Shown in pieces: positions 28,601-41,411 of a DNA stretch of 64,000 nt. Both the position numbers and the translations under genes were made by a program. Positions within the stretch are counted from its first letter, which is position 1. Each line of letters starts with the position of its first letter. Location of the stretch: the NCBI RefSeq assembly GCF_009914755.1, contig NC_060930.1; one strand, written 5' to 3'. The notes beneath the pieces were generated by a model that worked only from the letters and a program-made list of their open reading frames with translations, searched no databases and was not told the DNA's origin. This stretch comes from the human T2T-CHM13v2.0 reference genome, Homo sapiens.

Positions 28601-29749
28601 TCACTGGAATATTAAATATGAGACTCCAGCTCTGACGTATAGTCTATAGAGAATGTTGATATTTTTGTAGACCGTGGTTGAAATGCCACCTGTTTTCAGA
28701 TCCTTTGCAGGGCTATTCTGTGCTATCTGGTGGTCAGTCTGGGATATGGCCAGGAGTCCACACTTGGCTTCATTCCCACATGTTCAGTATGTAATTAGGA
28801 TGAGGTCCACACAGACTGGACAAAGACAGGAGTTTATACAATTACGTTGTAGGGTCATTTTCCATCATTTTTCAGTGTTTGCCCCCTTCCCAGGGTTCCC
28901 ATTTTCAATCCTTGTCCAGAAACAGTTCACTTCCTTGATTTGCCTTCTGTGACCCGGGGCCGAGCAGTGAGAGGACCTGCAGAGAGGAACAAACACTACA
29001 GATGTGGCATTGCCATGTCTCAGCCACAGCTCCACAAAACAAAAGGAAGGATTCTTCCCTCGGAATTTTGACACCTCCAGCTCCACTTCTGAAGATGTTG
29101 CTTTGCTTTTGCCTCTGCCTGAGACAGCCCAGGGGTGAGGCATGAGCAAATAGATAAAATGGAAAGAAAAAAATTCCTGGAGGATTTTCCCCATTCTCTT
29201 TGAGCTTTAAAAGTTTCCTTTTCCACTGTGTGAGCAAGAACTAGAGAGCATTTCCTAGCTCTCTCTAAGCTCACACCACAGTGGTTTGGGTTATGTTTTG
29301 TTAAGGAGGATACTAGAAGGAAAATAATATCCACCTTATCACTGTTTGGTGGTGGTCAGATTCTGGTCACCTCTGTCCTACATAACACATACACCTACAC
29401 ATACATACAAACACAGACACACACACAATCACACTATGTATATAATATACATGCTATTCAGAATCCTCACCATCTACCCATGCATTTTGTCAAAGTTTTA
29501 TAGCTGAGTTCAGTGAGAATTAATAAAAAGAAGTGTGTGATTACTCCATCTTACCCAAATTCAATTTAGATATTTTCATTTGCATTATTATTAATGAGCC
29601 TTTTTAAATGATGCTGTTGGCTATTTATATTTTCCATCATAAATTATATGCTTTTGCTTTCAAAATTTTTTTTTCCTATTAGTTATCTGTTCTCCTCATT
29701 TATTTTATGAGTTCTTCCTGTATTGTGTTAGGAATAACAATATACTTGG

Positions 29750-30330
29750 CTACATGTATTGAACCAGGAGTGTGCCTGCTCCTTTCAAAGGCCAAGCCTA
29801 CCCAGCTTTGCTTTGAATTCCTTTCACTGTTGCTTTATTCATGAATTTACATCTGTAGTTATTTCCCTTCCTTCTCTTTTATCTCTAATTTCACTTTCTT
29901 TCTCAGATCATGTCTTTGACATAAAATCATGCTATACTATATTTACATAAGAAATTGACCCTTAACTTCACTTCTTTCTCATAATATCTCCTTCTTACTC
30001 TACCCATTTTACAGAAAGAAATAATGTAAACATATGTAATTGTCCACTGAACATACTTTATTTAATCCTCTAATTCTTGAAACTTAGTTTTATTCCCACC
30101 ACTACACTGAAATTGCTCTTGCTGAGGTTAAAAATCACCTCCATGCAGCAGGGTTCAATAGTCATTTCTCATCTTAATCTCTTTCAACACATTCATTTGG
30201 ATTCCTCAACAGCATTCACTTCCATGTTCCTGCTGAGATGCCTTTGGTGGTCCATCCCCCTCCCTACCTGTATATGTGGGGTCACCCTTGGCTCCATCCT
30301 GACCATGCTTCTCTTCTTATTTTATATTCA
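29750..30330 (+). mobile_element. L2 fragment
   Basis: ccaccactacactgaaattgctcttgctgaggtt..aatcacctcca; ggggtcacccttggctccatcct. Confidence 0.6.
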
Positions 30331-31760
30331 TGATCAAAATTCTTAGCAAACTAGGAAGGTAAAGGAATTTTCTCAACCTAATAAAAGGTATCTACAAAAA
30401 TCTGATAAGTAACATTGTATGTAATGGTGAAAGACTGAATGCTTTATTCATAAGAACTGAAACAAGCACAGTTGTTCACTTATAATACCTCTTCTACAAA
30501 TTATTGAAAGGCCTCAGCAATGCAATAAGGCAAAGAGAAGAAATAATAAGCATACAGATTAGAAACAAATAAATAAAGCCCTCTTATTTTCAGATGACAT
30601 GATTATCATGTTAGGTATTCACAAAGAACAACAAAGAAACCACTAGAACAAATAAGTGACTTTAGGATCACCATGGACCACAAGGTAAATTTTTTAAAAT
30701 CAAGCTAGGAATATACAATTTAAATTTTTTAAAATGTCCTTTAAAATAGACCAGAGACACCATAAAATTATTTTGCATAAATCTTCCAAAATGTATACAA
30801 GACTTGTGTATTAGTCTGTTTTCACACTCCTGATAAAGACATACCCAAGACTAGGAAGAAAAAGAGGTTTAATTGGACTTGCAGTTCCACATGGCTGGGG
30901 AGGCCTCAGAATAATGGTGGGAGGTGAAAGGTACCTCTTACATGACGGTGGCAAGAGAAACCAAGAAGAAGGAAAAGCAGAAACTCCTGATAAGCTCATC
31001 AGATTTTGTGAGACTTATTCACTATCACAAGAATTGCACATGGAAGATCAGTCCCCACGATTCAATGACCTCCCCCGGGTCCCTCCCAAAACACATGGGA
31101 ATTCCAGGAGATACTATTCAAGTTGAGATTTGGGTGGGGGCACAGCCAAACCATATCAACCTATGTACTGAAAACTACAAAACACTGATGAAGGAAAATG
31201 AAGAAATTTTAAATAAATAGAGAGATATTTCACGTTGATTGACTGAAAGGTTCAATATTATTTACAATATTATTACAATGTTAATTCTTCTAAAACTGAT
31301 CAATAGATTCAACTAAAATTGACACAATATAATGGCAAACATTTTTGTAGAAATTACAAAGATCATTCTAAAATTTATAAAGAAATAAAAAGGAACTGAA
31401 ATAACCAAATTTTAAAAAGAAGAACAAAATTGGAGGAATTACTCTATTTAATAGATTTATTATAAAGCTACAATATTTAAAACATAGTATATTTGAAGAA
31501 ATGATTTACATATTAGAATTAATGGAACAAAATAGTCTATAAATTGAACCATATAGAAAGTCAATTGATTTTTAGACAAAGACAGATGCAAAGGCAATTC
31601 AATGGGGAAAGAATTGTCTTTTCAACAAATGATGCTAAATGAATTGGATATTTATAAGAGAAGAAAAAACCTGATAAGCATCTTGCATTCTATTAAAATG
31701 AACTCAAAATGGACTATAAATCTAAATGTCAACATTTTGCAAGAGATAACATTAAAGACA
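30330..31760 (+). mobile_element. L1M ORF2 fragment split by THE1
   Basis: cttagcaaactagga...ctcaacctaataaaaggtatctac...gaaaactacaaaacactgatgaagga...gcaaaggcaattcaatgggga. Confidence 0.85.
30807..31158 (-). mobile_element. THE1 (C-like) solo LTR
   Basis: tgtattagtctgttttcacac...cagccaaaccatatca; flanks acttg/accta. Confidence 0.92.
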
Positions 31761-32099
31761 TGGACAATAACAATTTTAGTGAATGAAATTAAAAGATACT
31801 CAACTAGAATGCTTTGATAAGAAAATGTAATTATGGAAATGATGTCAGTGAGCAGAAACAACACTCAGTAAGTTTTATAATCTGAAAGAGAAGGAATAGG
31901 AATAGGACTGGCTGGAGGGGGAAGTGAGAACAACAAGATTTTTCTGAAAGTTGGAGATAATAGATTACATTTGCATTTCCATATGACTGCCACACTAGAG
32001 AAGAAAAAATTTATGATTCAGCAGGCAGAAGGAATAACTTTAGCAATAAAATATTGAAACAATTGACATCATAAAATGGTCCATTGGGTATTGATTATC

Positions 32100-32655
32100 T
32101 CTCCAAAATGAATTTTGCTCCTGTCCATTGTAGAGTATCAATGGCATTTGGTTAGAATTGAGTTTACTTCCCAATTCAAGATGAACATTTAATGGCCAAG
32201 GCCCACCATTATTTTCTCAGTAATGTTTATTGCAAACACAGGCCTAAACACATGGTTGTTTTCTGAACACACTGACTCAGAAGTCCCCTAATCGTCCCAA
32301 AACTGAGGGGTCAGATTTGGATGATTATGGAAGGAGACATGCTTCTTAAGAGTAACGAGGAAGTGGGTAATCCATGTTGCTGAGGACCACCATCTTGTAG
32401 ACATGAAGGAAGCCATTTTAGCATGGAACAACAAGTCAGGAGAGGTTAAGAGGGGAGTAATGAGTCAAAAAAATTGAGGTAAATCAAGCAAGAGCCTTGA
32501 TCACACCTTTTATGAAATTTGCTCTCCCTTGAAATATGGGAGATATGAGTCAATAATAAATCTTCTTTTAGCTTTGCATTTATTTTATCTGGGTTTTCTA
32601 TTACTTACCCTTTCCCCTACACACACAAACACACACACACACACTCTAACATAAA
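32100..32655 (+). mobile_element. Old MLT1 (J/K/L-like) LTR remnant
   Basis: ccaccatcttg..catgaaggaagcc; atgagtcaataataaatc...gggttttctattactt. Confidence 0.4.
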
Positions 32656-32672
32656 GCATATTGTTACTTTTT

Positions 32673-32880
32673 AGTAGGTATTCTCAATGTGGCCAATATT
32701 ACTGCCAGCAAAGTAAAAATTGGTTTTTGGGGAGCAAGGCGTCTCGCCAGTTTTACGTGTAAAGCACAGATGTAGATATGGATGCACAGTTAATAGACAG
32801 ATACTCAATATACCTGTTGTGCTAAAATTAGGGAAAAGAGTCTAAAAACATTTCTGGAATAAGAGTTGGAGAAACACTGC
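32673..32880. mobile_element. hAT-Charlie MITE (MER112-like)
   Basis: tagtaggtattctcaa ... gagaaacactg degenerate TIRs; aaaaattggtttttgggg. Confidence 0.5.
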
Positions 32881-35800
32881 TTTATGGAGCATGAAGACAC
32901 TCTTCTTTGTAACAGGAGTGAAGACAGAGGCTTAAGCACAGACGCACCTACACTAGTAGATTTGGTGAAAAACCTATGATGGAATGCTGGTATCTTCTCT
33001 TCTTCCTTTGTGAAGAAGGAAGTGTGATTTCTGCTCGGTGAAGGTGCATGGAGAAAATGTTGGAGTCCTAGGAAGAGTTGATGTCAGAATCATCTCACTG
33101 AAAACTGGGGGCTGCAGCCATCTGGGCAGTACTGAGAGCCTCATCCTGCCTTTGAGCCTGTGGCTGCTGAGGCCCTGCTCCTTCCTGCTGGCCAAGATAG
33201 CCATTCCCATCATCATGACATAGGCTATTCACAGCTTCTATGTTTTCCAGAGCTGCCATTCTTGTAAAGCTCTTTACAGAGCTTGTCCGCCTACTAGGAA
33301 ATTTAGTAAAGTCTGTAGTTCACATCTTTGTTAAGTGTAAGCCCCTGATTCACATTGACAGTCAGTAACGACCATAACTAAAGGCACCTTCATTTAGCAG
33401 CAGACTCTTACTTTATGATGGAGTTGTAAACACACACCAGGCCATAATTTTATTCTCATGGGCCAGCACATAGACCTATATCTACGTGTATGTTAATGTT
33501 TAGATTCAAGCAGGAAACAAGGTATAGTGAAAAATACCAAGTGCTTTTTTATTTCTCACAGATGTGCACAAGAATGTGCCTAGAAAAGTATATCATTTTA
33601 GCACTATTCATTGTCGATGAGTCTAAACATTGTAGAAAACAAACACATTTAAAAAGCTATCCCATTTATGATTTCTATCTTCTGTGGGCAAATGGGGCAA
33701 TGATTTAATTTGTACCTTTGTTATTCTTTTTATTTTTTTTTGTTCTTTCTGGAGAAAATACAAGATTTTGAGAATTATAAAAAAAAGTTTACTCTTATGA
33801 AAAAGCAAAAAAATATAAACAAACAGAAAGCAAAGTGCCTGAGATAAATCACAAACTTTAAGTGGACGCTATTTTCCTTATTTTAAAATTAATCTTTAAA
33901 GCAAAAATCTTAGTAAAATAAATTCAGTACAATATTTAAATTTCCTGTTGTCTAGGAACCCACAAAAATAAGCATATTATCATTCCTTTCCTGCAACTAA
34001 TTAAAGGAAGAACTATTTTTAACCATTCACACCCGGCACTTGCCAACTTTTTCTTCCCAAGGACTCACGTATCAATGGCTCAAGCTCAGCGAATTTGTCC
34101 TCTCTCCTGTGCCCATCCAATATGTTTCACTTGGCACTGAGTGTACTCTTCATTCTCATCAGCAAGGAGGTGGCAGGTGTGCAACTCATTTCTCAGGAAG
34201 AATATACTTTAGAATGATATGCACGCTTCTGTTTACTCAACCAACACTATATTATAGTAAAAATCTTAGCCCTTAGCCTCAGGGTCTTCAACCAAATAGC
34301 AAGTACCCAACATTTCTTTCTTCATTTGCACAGTAGAAAAGACCAAGCTGATGCATATAGACAGGTAGAAAAATTTGTTTTATTTAAAAATAGATGTCAA
34401 TTAAAAACTGAATGTATTCAAGATATACAGGATGTAATTTCCCTAAAAATAAGAAGCAATTTGAGAATTTGACACATTACCTACTATACATAGACAAGTC
34501 CAACATTTAACATTGCCTCAAGATTTTGCTTGAAATGCTCAATCTAAATGATTATGTCCCTTCTCATGCCCAAAGGCAGATGTTTTTCAGACTAAAGTGA
34601 ATGGGTCTCTGCTGATTTCTGGAAGAACAAACTTTAAGGGAAAAGAACTAAACAGGCATCATTAAATGGCGAGTTTTTAAAAAAAAATGCATACAGTACT
34701 GAAAAATGCAGTTATACAAAAATAATTAAGTTCTTTTTTCTAGTGATTTTATCCTAGTAAATGACCAGAGATTTAAAGTAAGATTTCTATATAATTTCTA
34801 TGTCTTAACATAATGATGGTTACCACCCATTATTTACACTAGGGAGAACTGAAATAAAATAAATGTCCAGTAATAATAGCTTGTCTAAATATATTGCAAT
34901 ACAGTTATAGATAAAATACAATGCATTGTTCAAAATTTTATTATCATATATCTGAAGATTATTAAATTACATGGAAAATATTACTTGAAATCATGACCAA
35001 AAATTTATGTCAAAAATGAGTGCTATTTTCAAGTGGCATATGTGAATATGTTTACACACATACACACTTACATTGACATATAAACATATATATGTATTTA
35101 AAAAAATACTGTAGTTTGTCCTTGCTCTAGACATGGAGAAATCATCAGAGGTTTTTATGCAAAAATAATAAAGATTAGACTTGGATTTTAGAAAGAATAA
35201 TTTGACATCATTATGAGAGATTTATTACAGGGTCCATAGCTGGACCAAAGAGAATAATTAGAAAGTTATTGTGCTAGACTAGCTTGGGGAAAAATAAACA
35301 GATAAGGATTTGACCTAACGCACTAAGGGAATGAAGCTAGAAAAAGAAAAAGAAATAGAAGAAATGAAGTGAGAAAATAGCACCATCCATACGACTATAA
35401 ATGGCAAAGTGTTTGGTATTTTCTGTGTATCTGCGTGTATGTATTCGTACCTTGAGAGGAAAAGCTCTAGATGATTGTGTGTATTATTTGAAATTTTGAG
35501 GAACTAACTCCCAGACTCAAACTCATAGACAGAAAATGTCTCAGGGCTCCTTGAAGAAAGAACTTTGTCCTATCACTCACTCTTTGTTCCTCCATCTTCC
35601 AGTACAGTGCTTGTTCCACAGTGGAAAAGCTGTCAATATTATTGATTTACAATTGATTGGAAGAATGCAGGCAAAGTGCTCCGCTCCTTTCTGAAGCAAG
35701 AAGGTTACCTTTGTCTTTGCCACAAAGTCAACATCCTAAAGTCTCTTTTACACAGGTTCATGTGTATGTTATTTCTGTATTTCATTAAATAAGGTTCAAT

Positions 35801-36454
35801 ATTGAAAATAACATACATTGAACCAAACTCTAACACACCTTATAGCTACTTACAGCATTTAAAATTTGGACAAATATGCTGTGAGAATAAGGGAACAATG
35901 TATTTCCCCAAAGATTCTATTAGTTGCCAAGAATCCAATACTTGTCAGGAACTTTAGCTAAATTTTCACTCCTTCCTTCCTGTATACACTTCACAAAGAC
36001 CAATTGCCTCCCACGTAAGGAGGAGACGATCAATATCCATCACTTTCCTTGACTAGCATCGGGTCTACGAAAGTTCACGGTGGTCGAGTTTGACAGAACT
36101 TTTCACCTCGTCTGAAGTAAAAGTTATTGAACTTGATTTGGACACTGAGTCGCACTACTATAAATGCTTCAGTTGCTACAGGACTTACTAAAAAAAATCA
36201 AATACTGGAATCAAGAAGTTAGAAGTGCAAGCACAGGTCAAGTGAGGGTCCTCAAACTTAAAGAGATGGTGCTATATGGAAGGCTTGGAGAATGGCAGAG
36301 GCTGAAGTCAAGGAAGGGCTCACATTTAATAGATTTGGGGGCTTGAGGGCCACATTTTAATAAATGGCCGTTTTTCTGACTGAAAGAAAAATTTATAGAA
36401 TAATTACTTCATTAAATTTCTACTACAGGTATAAAAAAACACACTTTTTTAGTT

Positions 36455-37009
<555 letters not shown>

Positions 37010-37269
37010 TAGTAAAAGCTTTTTTACAAGACTTAAAAGGCTCATTTATATTGACTGCATAAGATAAAATAATATGGCTTTTTATTATTTATTGAAATAA
37101 TCTATTTAGGACACTTGGATTATTTTTAATATTGTGTTTTTATGACAAATATCAGGCCACACATGCATAAGGATAATTACTGGAAAACATCTATGATTAT
37201 TTTTACAGTATGAATTTCTGGAAGTTACATTGTGGGAACTAAAATTTTAAGAACAGTTATCTGCATTAG

Positions 37270-37530
37270 AGTAGCAATGTAATTCAGAGGGTAGAGCACA
37301 GACCCTGGAGGAGACAGCCACGATTTCAAATTCTATTTATGCTACCCACCTGCTGTAAACACAGGCAAGTTACATGAGCTCCTAACATTTTATTTTTTCT
37401 TATATGTGATTAGACATAAAAAATAGTTTAGTTTTATAAGATTTTTTAGGCAAAATAAACAAGATGCACATTATTTCTTGGTAAAAAGTGAATGCATGGA
37501 ATAAGCATTCAATAAATATAAGATTGTTTC
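37270..37530 (+). mobile_element. MIR
   Basis: agagcacagaccctggag...ggcaagttac...taagcattcaataaat. Confidence 0.7.
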
Positions 37531-38139
37531 CATTTTTAAATAAAATGGTGTCCAGTATGAAATGTGCTGTGATCCTTAAATTTGTCCCAGATTCCCATGC
37601 TTTTTAAATTTTATCTGAGATTCCATTTGAGAGTTTAAAATGCCTCTGATGTCTAAGGATGAACTGATTTAGGTGATTCACTTTGGTGTGTGGCTGTTTT
37701 CTAAATTGGCTTAAAGTCTCGGCTTAGTAGCTGGGAAGGTAAATGTGCCATATCTGTGATGGTAATACAATTGCTTCGAGTATATTTGAAGAGAATAAGA
37801 AATAGTTTTGCTGCATTCCATAAATACTGAGTTCTTGATTCCAAACTTTCCAGAAACAAAATAAACTTCCAACAATTACCACTGTACTGTGTAGAGATGA
37901 GAGGATGTAATCATGGTATAGCAACCTCTCAGTGTTTTTTTTTTTTTAAAGCTCTGACCTGGGAGTGTGACTATGAGCAGTTCATAGCTTAGTTCTTGTT
38001 ATTTCCAGATATTGCCTAAGATGACCTTGAATCTATTCTGCACCACCTCTGTCACCAGTGAGTAGCTTAGAGATGTAGATCTGTGAATCTCTGTTATAAC
38101 AATGTATCAGCCTAGTGCAAGGATGTAAGAAAACAGGCA

Positions 38140-38591
38140 CACCTATGTTTATTGGGGCACTATTCACAATAGTAAAGACTTGGAACCAACCCAAATGCCC
38201 ATCAATGACAGGCTGGGTAAAGAAAATGTGGCACATATACACCATGGAATACTATGCAGTCATAAAAAAGGATGAGTTTATGCCCTTTGCAGGGACATGG
38301 ATGAAGCTGGAAACCATCATTCTCAGCAAACTAACACAAGAACAGAAAACCAAACACCACATGTTCTCACTCATAAGTGGGAGTTGAACAATGAGAACAC
38401 ATGGACACGGAGGGGAAGATCACACACTGGGGCCTGTAGCAGGGTGGGGGTCTAGGGGAGGGATAGCATTAGGAGAAATACCTAATGTAGATGATGGGTT
38501 GATGGGTGCAGCAAACCACCATGGCAGGTGTAACAAACCTGTACATTCTGCACATGTACCCCAGAACTTAAAGTATAATAAAAATAAAAAA
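38140..38591 (+). mobile_element. L1PA (about PA6-7) 5'-truncated insertion
   Basis: ORF2 C-terminus KKMWHIYTMEYYA...MFSLISGS, 3' UTR and A tail; perfect 13-bp TSD aagaaaacaggca at 38127-38139 and 38592-38604. Confidence 0.95.
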
Positions 38592-38841
38592 AAGAAAACA
38601 GGCATTTTTAAATTTTATAGTACAACTTGAACAAATGATAGAAAGAAAATCTTTATTTTTCCTTTCCATACGTGATTAAATCAGGGCTTTATTTTACATC
38701 TTTCTAACAGTAATATTACTAAGAGGTCTTATTTATTAAGCACCAACCATGTGCCATGTATTTACATCTGTTATTTTATACTTAGTGATTGTTCCCATCT
38801 AGACCACGATTGCCATATTAGGCATTATCAAGCCATGCCAA

Positions 38842-39320
38842 TGTGAAAGGAAAATAAATCCTGGGGCCCCCACATCAGTAAGCTAAAGGGAAAAGTCATG
38901 CTGAGAATCGCTTAGGGCAAACCCGCCTCCCATTCTATTCAAAGTCACCCCTCTGCTCCCTGAGATCAATGCATATCTGATTGCCACATTTGGAGAGGCT
39001 AATCGCTAATCAAAAACTCAAAAGAGTGCAACTATTTGACTCTTGTCTACCTATGACCTGAAAGTCCCCTCTCTACTTCTAGTTCTCATGCCTTTGCCTC
39101 GAGTTGTCCCACCTTCCCGGACTGAACCAATGTACATCTTACACATATTGATTGATGTTTTATGTCTCCCTAAAATGTATAAAACTAAATTGTGCCCCTA
39201 CCACCTTGGGTACTTGTCGTCAGGACCTCCTGAGGCTATGTCATAGGTGTGTGTCCTCAACCTTGGCAGAATGAACTTTCTAAATAAACTGAGACCTGTC
39301 TCAGATTTTGGGGGTTCACA
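38842..39320 (+). mobile_element. MER4A1-like ERV1 solo LTR
   Basis: tgtgaaaggaaaataaatc...aagctaaagggaaaagtca...ccctaaaatgtataaaac...ggttcaca; TG..CA termini; flanks ccaa/ccca. Confidence 0.9.
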
Positions 39321-39774
39321 CCCAATAATTTTTGTTTCAGGTTGAGATTGAGAGTTAAATGAAGAAAGAAATGTTCAGTGTAATACTTTAATATTCGAGA
39401 AAGTCATATGAGGATTCCCAGCTGAAAATAACAAGCATGATCAATGAGACACAAGGCTCCAGAGAGCAAAATTCGCACCCCTGAGAGGCTTTAATAGAAA
39501 CAGTTTGCAAATTCTATTTGTAGGCAGATGCAGAAAATGGACCTTTACCCCCTCTCTGATTACATCACCAATGGTGTTAGGGTTTCAACAAAAACTCCAG
39601 GATTTAGAGAACATCTGCTGAACTTTTGAAATAAGGAATTGAGAATTCATATACAAGCTTCCACAACTAGTCTTGAAGAAATTACCCAATATTCCAAATT
39701 ATGAATATTTAGAATATAAAAATGCATGCATATAGAGCATGCCTTTTTTTCTTCAAAGTCCCGTCACTCTTAAA

Positions 39775-40410
39775 CTCACTTCAGTAGCCATCAACCCAAC
39801 AATAGACAACTACCCACTCCAGTAGATACTTACCAAACAGTAGACATCTCCCCACTCCAGTAGATACTGACCCACTCCAGTAGGCATCTACCCACTCCAG
39901 TAGATATCTACCAACTGCAGTAGACATCTACTTACTTCAGTAGATATATGCTCACTCCAATAGACATCTATCTACTCCAGTAGACACATATCTACTCCAG
40001 TAGACATCTACTCACTCCAGTAGACGTGTACTCACTCGAGTAGACATGTACCAACTTCAGTAGACATCTATCAACTTCAGTAGACATGTACTTACTCCAG
40101 AGACATATGCCTACTCCAGTAGACACCCATTGACTCCAGTAGACACCTGTCCTCTCCAGTAGACATTAACCAACTTCAGTAGACATTAACTTACTCCATA
40201 AGACATATGCCCATTCCAGTAGACATCTATCCACTCCAGTAGACACCTAACAACTTAGTAGACGTCTACTTACTCCAGTAGACATATGCTTACTCCAGTA
40301 GATATCTACTCACTCTGGTAGATATCTACTCACTCCAGAAGCCACCTATCCACTCCAGTAGTCACCTGTCCACTCCAGTATACATCTAACCAATAGCACG
40401 CATCTAACCT
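39775..40410. repeat. 20-bp minisatellite, ~30 diverged units, consensus about cccactccagtagacatcta
   Basis: Periodic cagtaga core every 20 nt, read directly. Confidence 0.97.
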
Positions 40411-41320
40411 ACTCTTGCTAAAGTCACCAATGATGCTCATGTTGGTGACTTCAATTGACATTTTTAAGTACTTATCTGACTTCTCACAGCTTCCCACTAG
40501 CTTCTGTCTTGAAACACTCTCTTCTCTTGATACTTGCAATACCACAAATTATAAGTGTTCTTTATTCCTCTTTGGCAGATCTTTTTGAGTCTCTTGTGCA
40601 AACTCAACTTTCATTCCTTTTTTGCAGTCCCCCTTTCACTAGTTTGTTTCTAGATTCTGAAATTTGGGATTCATTCTGGTACAACATCTTACATGATATG
40701 ATGCTATGAGTCCTGCTTATTCTAAATGTACATACGTCTTCACCTCAAACCTATACACCTTCAAATTCACCTGACTGTGTTTCCACTGATCCCACAGGTA
40801 TCCCCAAAACATAACCAAACTCCAACACTTCAAATATGAATTTCTCATCTGTTACTTTAACAGTGTTTCCAAGATAAATCATTACTGGTACTTCTGTACC
40901 AATAATCATTTCCCCTCAATGCCTTTAAAACATGAATATCACACTTTCCCTCAATGCCTTTAAAACATGAATATCACACTTTTCTTCAATGCCTTTAAAA
41001 TATGAATATCTTTAAACCTAACTGGAATCTATACCCTTGGCTTTATAAAAACGAAAAAGACAGGATCAGCTCCCCAAAGAACTAATGTCATAGTTATTTA
41101 ACTGGCTCCCTGTTTCATCCTTGCCCCTGTCTAATCTATTCTCTGCAATGCCGGCAAGATGATCTCCAATGTGAAAACACAAAAAGAACAATTTAAAGTT
41201 TATTCAGCCTAAAACCATTACACTTAGAATATAATGTGAAATCCTAGTAACATCTACAAGGCTTTATATAATCTGAGCCCTGACAACCTGATCAACCTCA
41301 TCTTATGCTTCTCATTTGCG
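40410..41320 (+). mobile_element. L2 fragments
   Basis: ctcttgctaaagtcaccaatgatgctcatgttg; tgacttctcacagc; ccttgcccctgtctaatctattctc; acaaggctttatataatctg. Confidence 0.65.
40908..41010. repeat. 35-bp tandem repeat, ~2.9 near-identical copies
   Basis: tcaatgcctttaaaa(c/t)atgaatatc at 40916, 40951, 40986. Confidence 0.97.
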
Positions 41321-41329
41321 AAATCAATT

Positions 41330-41411
41330 TCCCTCTCCTGTTTCCTCTCTCTTTCTCTCTCCTCTCCCGTTGTATTTGTGTGTGTGTGTGTGTGTTTGTG
41401 TATGTATGTGT
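41330..41411. repeat. Compound (CT)n/(TG)n microsatellite
   Basis: Seen directly. Confidence 0.85.

Noticed and set aside
39775-40410. CRISPR-like look (conserved palindromic core with variable intervening bases)
   Set aside because: Period is only 20 bp, the variable parts are mutually related rather than unique spacers, there are no cas genes, and the context is primate DNA
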